Both the position numbers and the translations under genes were made by a program. Positions 52,801 to 62,311 of a DNA stretch of 64,000 nucleotides are shown here, one piece after another. The DNA comes from Candidatus Latescibacterota bacterium (lineage in GTDB: Bacteria > Latescibacterota > UBA2968), in assembly GCA_965198115.1 (NCBI GenBank), contig OZ240241.1, positions 2,496,001 to 2,560,000 of the forward strand, read 5' to 3'. Position 1 is the stretch's first letter. Each line of letters opens with the position of its first letter. The notes under the pieces are model-generated. The model was not told where the DNA came from, made no database searches, and was given only the letters and a program-made list of their open reading frames with translations.

Positions 52801-54655
52801 CTCGGACGCCATCGGGACACGGATCGAGTTGGTCTACGGTCGGACGAACCGTCTGATCCGCGAGATCACCGGCGGCACATCCTTCCTCTCACAGGACGCT
52901 CTTTGTGCCGCCTTCGGTCTGGCCGACGCACTGAGCATCGATACGCTCACCGTTCGCTGGCCCAGTGGCATCGTCCAGCGAACCGAAGGCTCGAACATTC
53001 CCGTCAACAGCGTCTACCCGATCGTCGAACAGGCGCCGCCACCGCCAGTCGCGGTCCTCGTGGCGACAACCACCACCGCACTCGTCGCTAACGGCGTCGC
53101 CGAGACCGAAATCACGGCAACCGTCCTCGATGTCAACGGCGACATCTCTCTCATCAGCGATCGAGACGTGAGATTCACTCTGGACTTCAATGTCGGTGAA
53201 ATCCTCGAACCATCGATCGTTCGTCTCCGAGACGGTGTCGCAAACGCCCGATACCGGGCCGGGGAGATACCTGCGCCGATTTCGATCGTCGTACAGGTCG
53301 ATGGCATTCCTGTCGAAACGATCGTGATCGAGCTCCTACGCGGGGTCCAAGATGCCGACACCTTCATCGAAACGATTGCGGGAACGGGAAGTACCGGGTT
53401 CAGCGGCGATGGTGGCCCCGCGACCGACGCTCAACTTCGACTTCCACGGGCCGTCGCAACCGATGACACGGGAATCATCTACATCGCCGATTCTGGAAAC
53501 AACCGTGTCCGCCAGGTCGGCATCGATGGTACGATCTCCCTGCTCGCCGGAACAGGCATCGTCGCCCTCGCGGGATTCGATGGCACCGACGGACCAGCCA
53601 TCGAGGCGCCTGTCAGCAACCCGTTCGGTCTCGCTCTTCTACCAGATGGAAGCCTGCTCATCAGCGAGTTCGGCGGTCATGAAGTCCGACGCATCGAGAT
53701 GGACGAATTCCGTTTCATTCGGGATTTCGCGGGGCGGGGCGTCGATGCGTTCGGGGGTGACGGAGGGCCCGCGACTCTGGGTAACCTCAGATCGCCGGCT
53801 GGAATCACCGTAGACAGCCTCGGCAATACGTACATCGCCGAGCAGTTCAACTTCCGCGTGCGTCGCATCGATGTCGACGGCATCATCAACACGGTCGCCG
53901 GGTCTTTCGACACGGGATTCGGGGGCGATGGTTTCGAAGCGACGACCGCTCGGCTGAATCAACCAACGGGTGTCGCCATCGACACCGCCGGAAACATCTA
54001 CATCGCCGATCAGGCCAATCACCGCGTGCGGCGCGTGAACGTCGACGGGGTGATCCAGACAATCGCAGGTACAGGCGAAAATGACTTTGGCGGAGACGGC
54101 GGACCGGGCGTTTTCGCGCCGCTCAGCGCGCCCAGAGACGTCGCTATCGACGCCGGCAACCGACTGTATGTCTCGGACTCGGGGAACGACCGGGTACGCG
54201 TGATCGATCTGGGCACGGGTGTCATCCAGACCGTGGCAGGATCTGGATCCAGGGGCAGCACGGGTAATCAGGGCACGGCACTCGGCTTCAGTCTCGACGA
54301 CCCGAGCGGTCTCGCGGTGGCACCCGACAGTTCCCTGCTCATCGCCGATGCCGGAAACGATCGCATCCTGCGTCTGCGTGTCGACTATTTTGGAGATTCG
54401 CCATCGATCGAGCCCCCACCCGGAGGGACGCTCGCCGGCGATTTTACGGGGGACGGTCTGGTCAACTTCAGCGACTTTCTACTGTTCGCCCCCGCCTTCG
54501 GTTCCAGCAGCGATGGCTTCGACATCGATGGAGACGGCTTCGTGGGATTCTCCGATTTCCTCTTGTTTGCAGATGCATTCAGCGCAGGCCTGACCGGTGG
54601 TGGCAGCAGGGCGAAGCCCGTTCCGACCGGCCTGTTGGTCGATAGTGTCCGCTGA
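49880..54655 (+). CDS. Giant secreted protein: NHL repeats, Ig-like x2, FG-GAP + ASPIC/UnbV, Big_1-like, NHL repeats, dockerin/EF-hand-like pair
   Basis: Signal peptide ending AEA-Q; SGDGGPA/IAD..N.RIR repeats; WADYDRDGDLDLYV repeats; AIGTRI..FGL..VRWPSG; C-terminal DF.GDG.V.FSDFL twice; start uncertain. Confidence 0.88.
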   Translation: MNTHSHTRWLVAALLLLLFLGEAEAQVDPDSLGVIVTIAGGGVDSLSEDIPATDALLDVPLGISVDVNGHIFITETGNHRIRRIDAVTGNITTVAGSGTLGNSGDGGPATAAQFSRPQGVAVHSSGDIYIGDTGNRVVRRVDAATGLIETFVGSGQLGEVPAGVAIPRELASFSEIVDVWTTEGALFVADGALAGGGGNNIIIQAEFDSLDVVRIAGTGNAEFSGDGSAAIDAGMSVEQIKTALDFFLFADFLNHRVRQLEVVVPEGDSIPVAQISTIAGRGLTFGDILSGFTFSGDGGPATDARLNFPSGIAADETGRVYIADSQNQRVRAIELDGTIVTLAGTGDFLSDGDGQLGFLAPVENPARLALDLNGDLLVVEPIGGRIRKIIDPTFRSAFLEIARTEINFGQASLGIGKVDTLLIQNFGNKVLNIADVSSDNERFSVPLELPAEVLPNEIFRIPLRFDPDAQDPVFGELILQTDDPFRPTIPIAVQGAGIVPDADLLPLSASFEQTFTDETRTQSFRLTNVDQGLLMLDGIALSDTTNFSVTFSDSTAPSGDVITISVVFQPTIDGQIDGTMIVRTNDPDEPTFTVSLTGFGRIGKPGGFLDVSSTMGVGDAGAAFGVSWADYDRDGDSDLYVVRSMQTNLLYRNNQGAFAEIGAAVGVNGSGDGSGAAWADYDRDGDLDLYVTNFSQPNRLYRNDGGVFSDVATTAGVDDNGDGYGAAWGDYDNDGDPDLYVANFGPNVFYRNVGGQFEEIADQLGVADSSSGVQPVFSDFDNDGDVDLFLANSGPNRYWVNVEGTFVDSISIFFPADDGPSFGAAVGDYNNDGLMDLYVPYFGEPNRLYENSGNAFNDVGLALSINDNSRSRGAVWADFNNDGWLDIFVTNSGQPNRVYRSEGLVGGNVVFTEVAEEFGTDTVADSRGVALSDFDGDGGLDLFVAVQGGPDKLFQNQEADGNWILISPRGTVSSSDAIGTRIELVYGRTNRLIREITGGTSFLSQDALCAAFGLADALSIDTLTVRWPSGIVQRTEGSNIPVNSVYPIVEQAPPPPVAVLVATTTTALVANGVAETEITATVLDVNGDISLISDRDVRFTLDFNVGEILEPSIVRLRDGVANARYRAGEIPAPISIVVQVDGIPVETIVIELLRGVQDADTFIETIAGTGSTGFSGDGGPATDAQLRLPRAVATDDTGIIYIADSGNNRVRQVGIDGTISLLAGTGIVALAGFDGTDGPAIEAPVSNPFGLALLPDGSLLISEFGGHEVRRIEMDEFRFIRDFAGRGVDAFGGDGGPATLGNLRSPAGITVDSLGNTYIAEQFNFRVRRIDVDGIINTVAGSFDTGFGGDGFEATTARLNQPTGVAIDTAGNIYIADQANHRVRRVNVDGVIQTIAGTGENDFGGDGGPGVFAPLSAPRDVAIDAGNRLYVSDSGNDRVRVIDLGTGVIQTVAGSGSRGSTGNQGTALGFSLDDPSGLAVAPDSSLLIADAGNDRILRLRVDYFGDSPSIEPPPGGTLAGDFTGDGLVNFSDFLLFAPAFGSSSDGFDIDGDGFVGFSDFLLFADAFSAGLTGGGSRAKPVPTGLLVDSVR

Positions 54656-55268
54656 AGTCATCGCACCGAACCCGCAGAACCACGCTCGGGCGGCCGAATG
54701 TTTGAGAGCCGGAGGTGTGGTCGTTTACCCCACCGAAACCGTCTACGGAATCGGCGTCGACCCGTACAATGACGAAGCCATAGAGCGGGTTTTCACCCTC
54801 AAGGGCCGGGAGGAAACCCAGGCGCTCCTCGTTCTGATCGCCTCCGAGGGCCAACTCGATGGCCTGGTCTCGACCATTCCACCCGACGCCAGAAGTCTCG
54901 TCAATTCTTTCTGGCCAGGCCCGCTGACCCTCGTCCTCCCAGCGCACGACGACCTTCCAGGTCTCCTGACGGGCGGGCGGGCTACGGTTGCCGTTCGACA
55001 GACGGCCTCACCCGTCGCAGCCACCCTCATCGATCGTCTCGGCCGACCGATCACCGGTACGAGCGCCAACCGATCCGGCCATCCACCCGCGCTCTCGGCC
55101 GAGGACGCCGCGGCCACGCTCGGCGAAGACGTCGACCTGATCCTCGATGGCGGCCGGTCTTCAACCACGACCCCGTCGACCCTCGTCGATGCCTCCACCT
55201 CCGCGGTTTCGGTCCTGCGACGCGGCCCCATCACGGAAACCGCCATCCACGATGCATTGAAGATCTGA
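54645..55268 (+). CDS. tsaC: L-threonylcarbamoyladenylate synthase
   Basis: PTETVYG, KGR, WPGPLT, TSANRSG, PSTLVD. Confidence 0.95.
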   Translation: MSAEVIAPNPQNHARAAECLRAGGVVVYPTETVYGIGVDPYNDEAIERVFTLKGREETQALLVLIASEGQLDGLVSTIPPDARSLVNSFWPGPLTLVLPAHDDLPGLLTGGRATVAVRQTASPVAATLIDRLGRPITGTSANRSGHPPALSAEDAAATLGEDVDLILDGGRSSTTTPSTLVDASTSAVSVLRRGPITETAIHDALKI

Positions 55269-55353
55269 CCCCACCAACGATAAACCGCCCGACGCAAAAA
55301 AGCATCGAGCGGTCGCCCCCGAGTCTCGGATCCCGGGTCACGGTTCACGAATC

Positions 55354-56920
55354 TCAAATATCGATCTGATCCGGGCGGAGAGCTTCCGCCGCGTATTTCG
55401 TCACCACCTCACCATCTTTCAGCACATCCACGATCCGCTCGTCCAATTCTCCGTCCTCAACCATGAAATTCAGGATCTTCAGCGCCTGGGAAAGAGACAT
55501 CGGCTTGCGATACGGTCGATCGGGTGCCGTCAAAGCTTCAAAGACGTCGGCCACCGCAAGAATTCGTGCCTGAAGGGCCAACTGATCGGCACTCAGCCCC
55601 TGCGGATACCCTTGACCGTTCAGTTTTTCGTGGTGCCCCCCTGCGTATTGAGGAACGTTGCTCAGCGTTTTCGAAAAAGGCAGCTGGGAGAGCATTTTAA
55701 TGCTTACGGCTGCGTGATTGTTGATCACCTGACGTTCTTCATCCGTCAAGGTACCCTTCCGGATCGACAGATTCTCGAGTTCGTCTTCCGACAGGGCCGC
55801 TACTTCCTCGCCGTTCACGGACTCGTTGTTGTGCAACCTGCTTCAGACGCTCAATATCGTCGTCGGCCATGAATTCGCCGCCTGTGTTACACCCCGTGAT
55901 GAACGCGAGCTCTTCTTCCAACCTTTCCCTCTCGCGTTGGAGGTCGCTGTCGACCTCATCAGGATCTTCGCCGAGCTGCCGCAGGCGTCCCCTCAGTACG
56001 GAAATCTCAGCATCCCGCTTCATCAGTTCCCACCGGACTCGAACCGTTTCGATCCGGTCGGAGATCGTCTCCAGCTTCGTGGACTTGTCGACCACATACT
56101 CAGGTGTCGTAATCTTGCCGACATCGTGCATCCACGCGGCGATCCTCAACTCGTTCAGCTCCTCGTCGCTGAACCGGACCTCCGCCAATGGGCCGTCAGC
56201 ACATCGGTTGATTTCTTGGGCAATCTCCATCGTTAGGTGGGCAACCCGGCGAACGTGTCCGGCGGTGTAGGGCGACTTTTCATCGATGGCGGTAGCCGTC
56301 GCCTCGATGAACGAATCGAACAGATCCTGAAGGTCGATGATGAGTTGCACGTTCGTCAACGCAACGGCGGCCTGCGAAGCCAACGAGATCACGAGATCCT
56401 CGAACTCAGTCGAGAACGCGATCACCTCCTGGTTCTCGTCGGATGCGTTGATCAGCTGAAGGACACCGATGATGTCGTCCTCGTGATTTCTCATGGGCAC
56501 GACCAGCATCGACCTCGATCGATACCCGGCGGTCTCGTCGTAGACACGCGTACCCGAAAAGTCAAAACCCTCTGCTTCGTAAACATCGGGAATATTGACG
56601 GTATCGCCTGTGTTCGCTACGTGAGCAGACACGTTCGATTGATTCGGTCGACTTTCGATCGAAAGAGGAACAGGGGGAAGGTTGATGGACTCGCCCGAGG
56701 TTCCGCCCTTTCGCGTGCCCATCGTGTCGTTCTGGAGGATCTTCCAATCCAGATGCCGGCCGTCGGAGCTCACGACATAAAGCGTACCGCCGTCGGCCAG
56801 CGTGAGCCGTCGGGATTCGTCCACGATCATCTCGAGCAGAACATCGATGTCCCGCTCACTCGAAAGTGCGATTCCGATCCGGACCAGATTCTGGATCTGA
56901 GTTTTGAGGTCTCTGTTCAT
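55354..56920 (-). CDS. GAF + HD-GYP cyclic dinucleotide phosphodiesterase (frameshift at about 55830)
   Basis: GAF (ADGGTLY, GVLQLIN), T.GH..RV, HDVGK, HHEKLNGQGYP, ADVFEALT..RPY. Confidence 0.93.
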
Positions 56921-57018
56921 TGGGGGGTCTCCGAGAACAGGTATCAGTGTACATCCTCGGAAAGGAGGCTGTCAAGAGACAGCCAAACGTCCTGCGGTTC
57001 TGCCGGAGAGATACAGCC

Positions 57019-57591
57019 TCAGTCTGCGGATCGTCCCTTGAAAACGTCGAGCCGATCGCGTGGAGCGATCGACCGATTCTGCAATAGCTGACGAAGCACC
57101 TTCGAGCTCGCGTCGAGGCCGAGCAACATCTTCGTATAGTCGCCCCCAGCCGATGCGTCGCGTATTTGGCGCCGCTCGGCGGGCGAGAATTCCGTCGGCC
57201 CACCCAATCCCCCCGTCATTCGACTGGCGAACACCGAAGGATTCGGACGAAACTCGTCGTCGATGCGAGACCGTTCGGTGTCCGTGAATTCCGTCATCCG
57301 CTCCAGGTCGGCCATCACACGTGCGCTGAACCGAGACGCGGCCGTCATCCTGGCGCTGACCTCGGCGGAATGCGCCGAGCGCCGTCCGACCGATCCTCGT
57401 TCGTCCCCTCGAACCACCGTCCGACGCTGCAATGAGCGGCGTACATCGGCCGCGTGTGTGGCCGAACGGAGCAGGGCCTCCAGATCGTTCGCGGACAGCG
57501 TCGATCCGTTTCGGATCTGTTCGCCGACGCCTGCCCCGGCCGCGCTCGCGAACAGGCCCGTCGTCAGCAGAAGGACGCAGGCTCGTTTCAA
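57019..57591 (-). CDS. Hypothetical secreted protein
   Basis: Signal-peptide-like N-terminus; TTGA overlap with the recD2 stop; GGAGG upstream. Confidence 0.65.
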   Translation of the reverse strand: MKRACVLLLTTGLFASAAGAGVGEQIRNGSTLSANDLEALLRSATHAADVRRSLQRRTVVRGDERGSVGRRSAHSAEVSARMTAASRFSARVMADLERMTEFTDTERSRIDDEFRPNPSVFASRMTGGLGGPTEFSPAERRQIRDASAGGDYTKMLLGLDASSKVLRQLLQNRSIAPRDRLDVFKGRSAD

Positions 57592-59747
57592 CGTGTTTCC
57601 TCCCTATCCAACGCGGGAAGCCTTGCCCCAAGCGTCGTGAATCGTTCCGCAACGGCGTTGTTTTTAACGGCCATAGCCAGCGCCTTTTTCGAACCCACCA
57701 TCACCACGAGCTCCCGGGCACGCGTGATCGCCGTGTAGATGAGATTGCGCTGCAGCATCACATAGTGTTGGGTCGTCACGGGCATCACCACCGCACGAAA
57801 CTCGGATCCCTGGCTCTTGTGGACGCTGATCGCGTAGGCCAGCACGACCTCATCCAGGTCCCCGAAATCGTAGGTTACGTGGCGATCGCCAAAGGCAATC
57901 GCGACCTCCTGATCCGTCGGCCGTATGTCACTCACTCGACCGATGTCTCCGTTGTAGACATCCTTGTCGTAGTTGTTCCTGATCTGCATGACCTTGTCGC
58001 CACGTCGTAGGCGGAGCTGGCCACGCACAAGCTCCTGACCGCTTCCGTTCAGCCGATCCTGGAGCTGTTCGTTCAGGGCATTCGCACCGGTCTCGCCCCT
58101 GTACATGGGCGAAAGCACCTGAATGTCCTCGATCGGGTCCAGACCGTAGCGTCCGGGGAGCCTCTCCGCGCAAAGATCTCCGATCGTTCGAGAGACGTCC
58201 TCCGGCGAATTCGATTCCAGAAAGAAGAAATCCGATTCACGGCTATGAGTGAGATCGGGCACATCGCCCTGGTTGATCTCGTGGGCGCTCATCACGATCC
58301 GACTCGACTGGGCCTGGCGGAAAATTTGGTCCAAACGAACGGTGGCCACCACACCCGAAGCGATGACATCTCGCAGCACGCTGCCGGGGCCCACCGACGG
58401 TAACTGGTCCGTATCCCCCACAAGAACGATCGACGCGCTCACCGGAACCGCCCGCAGAAGGCTGTTCATGAGCACGACATCCACCATAGAGATCTCATCG
58501 ACAACAATCGCGTCGATCTCCAATGGATTCTCGAAATCGTGGTCGAATCCGCCCCCGGGTCGAAAACCGAGGAGACGGTGGATGGTGCTCGCCACGTGTC
58601 CAGTGGCTTCCTGCATCCTCTTGGCCGCTCTGCCGGTAGGCGCCGCCAGCGCGATTCGCTTCTTTCTCGCTTCGAGCAGCCACAACAGCCCTCGCACTGT
58701 CGTCGTCTTGCCCGTTCCAGGACCACCTGTCAAGACCAGACCGTTGTGCGTGAGGGCCTTGATGAGCGCCTCCCGCTGGCGTCCTGCGAACGTAACACCG
58801 TGACGGGCCTGCATGGCTTCGATCTCGGCATCCACATCGCCCGTCTCGATGCGGCTGATCTGACTGCTCTGGTAGAGTCGGGTCGCTACCCCCTTCTCTG
58901 CATAATAGAGCGGCGGAAGGTAAACACGCGACTCCTCCTCGACGACCTCCTCGTTCTCAACGAGACGTCCCAGACCCGATTCGACGAGGTCGGCTCCCAC
59001 GTCCAGTGCACTCGAGGTCTGCTCGACCGCGATTTCGCGTGGCAGGTAGACGTGACCCTGATCGTCTGACGCCGTCGACAGAACGTGGCGGATTCCGGCG
59101 TCGACGCGCGTATCCGAGTCACGTGCGATCCCCAACTTCTGGGCAATCCGATCGGCCGTCTGAAATCCGATTCCCCAGACGTCGCTCGACAGCCGATACG
59201 GGTTCTCACGCAAAAGCGGCACAGCCTTTTGGCCGTACCGCTTCCAGATCTTGACGGCGTTTCCAGTCGCCACATCGTGTGACTGAAGGAACACCATCAC
59301 GCCGTGTATCTCCCGCTGGGCCTTCCACGCGGCCGTGATCATGCGCGCCCGCTTGGGCCCGAGCCCTTCCACTTCCTTCAAACGGCCCGGCTCGTGTTCG
59401 ATCACGCCTAGAGCGTCTTTACCGAAGCGCTCGACGATCCGTTTGGCCATCACGGGCCCGATGCCCTTGATCAGCCCCGAACCCAGGTAGCGTCGAACCC
59501 CGTCTACCGTCGACGGATGCACCGTCTCGTAGCGATCGATCTTGAACTGGCGCCCGTATTCGGCGTGTGAGCCCCAGTCCCCCTCCATCACCACGCTCTC
59601 GCCCGCCGCCAGCGACAACGTCTCGCCCACGACAGTCACCAGCCTTGCCCGTTCGGACCCCTCTTCCGGTCGGAGTCGCGCGACGGTGAACCCCGTCTCC
59701 TCGTTCTGGAACGTGATGCGCTCGATCGTGCCTTTCAGCCTGGCCAT
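57588..59747 (-). CDS. recD2: ATP-dependent RecD-like DNA helicase
   Basis: YL.SGLIKGIG, GGPGTGKT, APTGRAA, DEISM, QLPSVG, HKSQGSE, YTAITRA. Confidence 0.96.
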   Translation of the reverse strand: MARLKGTIERITFQNEETGFTVARLRPEEGSERARLVTVVGETLSLAAGESVVMEGDWGSHAEYGRQFKIDRYETVHPSTVDGVRRYLGSGLIKGIGPVMAKRIVERFGKDALGVIEHEPGRLKEVEGLGPKRARMITAAWKAQREIHGVMVFLQSHDVATGNAVKIWKRYGQKAVPLLRENPYRLSSDVWGIGFQTADRIAQKLGIARDSDTRVDAGIRHVLSTASDDQGHVYLPREIAVEQTSSALDVGADLVESGLGRLVENEEVVEEESRVYLPPLYYAEKGVATRLYQSSQISRIETGDVDAEIEAMQARHGVTFAGRQREALIKALTHNGLVLTGGPGTGKTTTVRGLLWLLEARKKRIALAAPTGRAAKRMQEATGHVASTIHRLLGFRPGGGFDHDFENPLEIDAIVVDEISMVDVVLMNSLLRAVPVSASIVLVGDTDQLPSVGPGSVLRDVIASGVVATVRLDQIFRQAQSSRIVMSAHEINQGDVPDLTHSRESDFFFLESNSPEDVSRTIGDLCAERLPGRYGLDPIEDIQVLSPMYRGETGANALNEQLQDRLNGSGQELVRGQLRLRRGDKVMQIRNNYDKDVYNGDIGRVSDIRPTDQEVAIAFGDRHVTYDFGDLDEVVLAYAISVHKSQGSEFRAVVMPVTTQHYVMLQRNLIYTAITRARELVVMVGSKKALAMAVKNNAVAERFTTLGARLPALDREETR

Positions 59748-59757
59748 ACGCCCGCCA

Positions 59758-60948
59758 TCACGATGCCTGGTAGACCACCCGCCCCTTCACCACCGTCCCG
59801 ACCACGTCCAGCTTTTCCTGACCCGGTTCCCATCGAAAGAGGCTGAGCGTCGCTTCCTTCCCCACCTCCACCGATCCGATTCGATCCTCTTGGCCGAGGA
59901 GACGCGCCGGGTTGCGCGTAGCCAGGGCAACGGCGTCCTCGAGAGTTGCATCCGTGTGGGTCACGATGTTCGGGATTCCACTATCCAGGAAGAGCGCGGC
60001 ACCCGCCAGATAGGGAGTGCCCGCGAGAGCGATCTTGCCGTTCGGAAGGAGTTCGCGGTCACTGTCGCCATACTCTTTCCCGTAGAAACCCGCCGGAAGA
60101 CCCGCGATCGAAGCCACATCGCTCACCACACAGATTCGATCCTGACCTTTAGTGCGGTAAAACGCTTTCAACACTGCCGGAGGGAGATGATGTCCGTCTG
60201 GAATGATCCCCGCCCAGAGGTCATCCGCAGCCAACTGCTCCCAAATGTAGTTCGGATGACGGGGCATCATCGCGTGCGCTCCGTTCCCCAGATGCGTGGA
60301 CATCCGTGCTCCCGCCGCCACGGCCTCCCTGATTCGTTCCGGAGCCGCCCCCGAGTGCCCGATCGAGATCACAACGCCCGTGGCCACCGCCTTTTCGATA
60401 AACTCGAGAGACCCATCCCGCTCCGGCGCCAGGGTAAAAATGCAGATGCGTCCCCCTGCGGCCTCCTGGTAGCGCTGGAACTCATCCCAGTCGGGGTCAC
60501 GCGTATGCTCCAACGGGTGGGCGCCACGTGGGCCGTCCTCCGACGCGATGTAAGGTCCTTCTACGTGAATCCCCAGAAAAGTGGAGTCGGCATCCTCCGA
60601 TTCTTCGCATGCACGGGCGATCAACGACAGACCTTGCAGGGCATCCTTCGCCGAGGACGTCGTGACTGTCGGGCACCACCGTGCCGTCCCCGTCTTGTAC
60701 ATCCACTCGGTCGTCTCGATCACTTGCTCAACGGTCAGATCTTCAGCCTTGTAGTTGATCCCGCCTACCCCGTTGACCTGCACGTCGCAGATCCCCGGAG
60801 AGATCCAAACATCTTCACCGCCAAGGCCGTTTGACGCTTCGGCCCCTTCCTCTATGCGGTCGATCTTGCCGTCTGCTTCGAAAACATTGACCAGAGTCCC
60901 ACTGCCAAGCATTTTTCCTCGAATGACCATCCTGTCTCCCTGTGACAC
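59758..60948 (-). CDS. nagA: N-acetylglucosamine-6-phosphate deacetylase
   Basis: DVQVNG, HVEGPY, GAH, TLAPE, GHS, THLGN, DGHH, NPA. Confidence 0.92.
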   Translation of the reverse strand: MSQGDRMVIRGKMLGSGTLVNVFEADGKIDRIEEGAEASNGLGGEDVWISPGICDVQVNGVGGINYKAEDLTVEQVIETTEWMYKTGTARWCPTVTTSSAKDALQGLSLIARACEESEDADSTFLGIHVEGPYIASEDGPRGAHPLEHTRDPDWDEFQRYQEAAGGRICIFTLAPERDGSLEFIEKAVATGVVISIGHSGAAPERIREAVAAGARMSTHLGNGAHAMMPRHPNYIWEQLAADDLWAGIIPDGHHLPPAVLKAFYRTKGQDRICVVSDVASIAGLPAGFYGKEYGDSDRELLPNGKIALAGTPYLAGAALFLDSGIPNIVTHTDATLEDAVALATRNPARLLGQEDRIGSVEVGKEATLSLFRWEPGQEKLDVVGTVVKGRVVYQAS

Positions 60949-61007
60949 GCCCTTCCAATCGCTGATACAAAATAGAATCAGTCGACAGATGGTGCAAGAT
61001 GGGACAC

Positions 61008-61253
61008 TCAGACCTCGAAACGCGCGCTCAGCTGTCGTGCGACTTCTTCGGGCGATCCTTCCAACGTCATACGCTCAGACCACTCCCACCCATCCAGGTA
61101 AGCTTCAGAATCCGTCACGCCCTCCTGCATCGCCACCCGATCGATCCGCTCCTGGTAGACTTCTGGGAGTTTGTAGGATCGCGCCCGTTTGCCGTCGTAG
61201 ACGCGGAATTGCGCAGGGATGTCACGCCAGTGTAGAATCTGATAGTCGGCCAT
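61008..61253 (-). CDS. 'Virulence factor' family small protein (PF13769-like)
   Basis: WRDIPAQ..L...Q..ID..AM..G..D..AYL..W. Confidence 0.82.
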   Translation of the reverse strand: MADYQILHWRDIPAQFRVYDGKRARSYKLPEVYQERIDRVAMQEGVTDSEAYLDGWEWSERMTLEGSPEEVARQLSARFEV

Positions 61254-61302
61254 TCGAGTGGGCGGTGAGCGGTCGGCCGTAGGCGGTCTCTACAGTTTCG
61301 CG

Positions 61303-62304
61303 CTATTTCCCTTCGTTTCGATCGAGTGCGACGCGGAAGCTGGCGATGTGGTCCGGGCCGGTTCCGCAGCACCCGCCGACAATCGAGGCACCCTCTGATA
61401 CCAGAGCAGCGAGATCGAGCGCCATGTCGTCCGGTGTTTGGGAATAGGTCGTTTCCATCTCCTTATTCAGTGTCGGCATCCCCGCATTGGGATAGGCGAC
61501 GATACGGTCGGGGCCTTCGCGGCCGGCAATCGCCTCCTTGGTCTGGCGGGTCCCCTCGATCGCGTAGGCCATACCGGTATGCTCGACAAGCTGCGTCTCG
61601 GCACCGCAGTTCAGACCCACTACGTCGACATACGGCAGCAAATTTTCGCCATCGGAGAACTTTCCCGAGGCAAGCGCATCGATCAACGTCTGCGGAGAAT
61701 GCCCCCAGTCGGTTCGGTAAACGATGTCCCCGGTCTTCCGGTCCTTCGTGCTCTTGTAAGTCATACTGACCGCGATCGGCAGACCGTGTCTGCGCGCCTC
61801 ATCCACTGCAATCGCAGCTTCGTTCGCCGAAAACTGCGTCTCGATCATGAAAAAGTCGACGCCACCCTCGGCCAATGCTCCGGAAAGCCGCGCGTGGGCG
61901 TCACGAACCTTCTCGTTTGCAATGCCGAACACGGTATCGCCGCTATCCGCCTCGATGGCCCCAGGGGATGGCCCTATCGACCCACCGACGTAGACGTCCG
62001 CACCACTCGCATCCACCGCCTTCCGCGCGTGCTCGGCCGCCTGCCGCGCGATGTCGTCGGCCGCCGAGCCCGTTCGATCGGCCATCTCCAGATGAAGCGC
62101 ACTTGCCACGAACGTGTTCGTCCCCACGGCCTCCGACCCGGCGTCGATGTAAGCCCTGTGTATCTCCCGAACCGCGTCGGGATGGGAGTCGTTCGCGATC
62201 GTGCTGTTGACCAGCTCGATCCCTCTTGCGAACAGCTGAGATCCGAATCCGCCATCGTAGAGCAGCGGCCGAGAATCGGTCAATCGCTCCCTGAATACTC
62301 GCAT
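61303..62304 (-). CDS. Stand-alone homocysteine S-methyltransferase domain protein
   Basis: YDGGFGSQL, TNTF, GSIGP, IETQ, GLNCG, YPNAG, GGCCGTGPDHI. Confidence 0.9.
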   Translation of the reverse strand: MRVFRERLTDSRPLLYDGGFGSQLFARGIELVNSTIANDSHPDAVREIHRAYIDAGSEAVGTNTFVASALHLEMADRTGSAADDIARQAAEHARKAVDASGADVYVGGSIGPSPGAIEADSGDTVFGIANEKVRDAHARLSGALAEGGVDFFMIETQFSANEAAIAVDEARRHGLPIAVSMTYKSTKDRKTGDIVYRTDWGHSPQTLIDALASGKFSDGENLLPYVDVVGLNCGAETQLVEHTGMAYAIEGTRQTKEAIAGREGPDRIVAYPNAGMPTLNKEMETTYSQTPDDMALDLAALVSEGASIVGGCCGTGPDHIASFRVALDRNEGK

Positions 62305-62311
62305 ACAGTCC

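Noticed and set aside
2862-56920. About 15 frameshifts (metH, sialidase, fliC, M32, lon, solA-like, MR/MLE, HD-GYP, ISAzo13) read as programmed frameshifting or genome decay
   Set aside because: They are small indels, several in short homopolymers, in otherwise well-conserved genes with no slippery-site pattern. Long-read consensus error is the simplest explanation; polishing would confirm.
61008-61253. Pathogenicity role for the 'virulence factor' protein
   Set aside because: The name is a family label; the context points to corrinoid/methionine metabolism.
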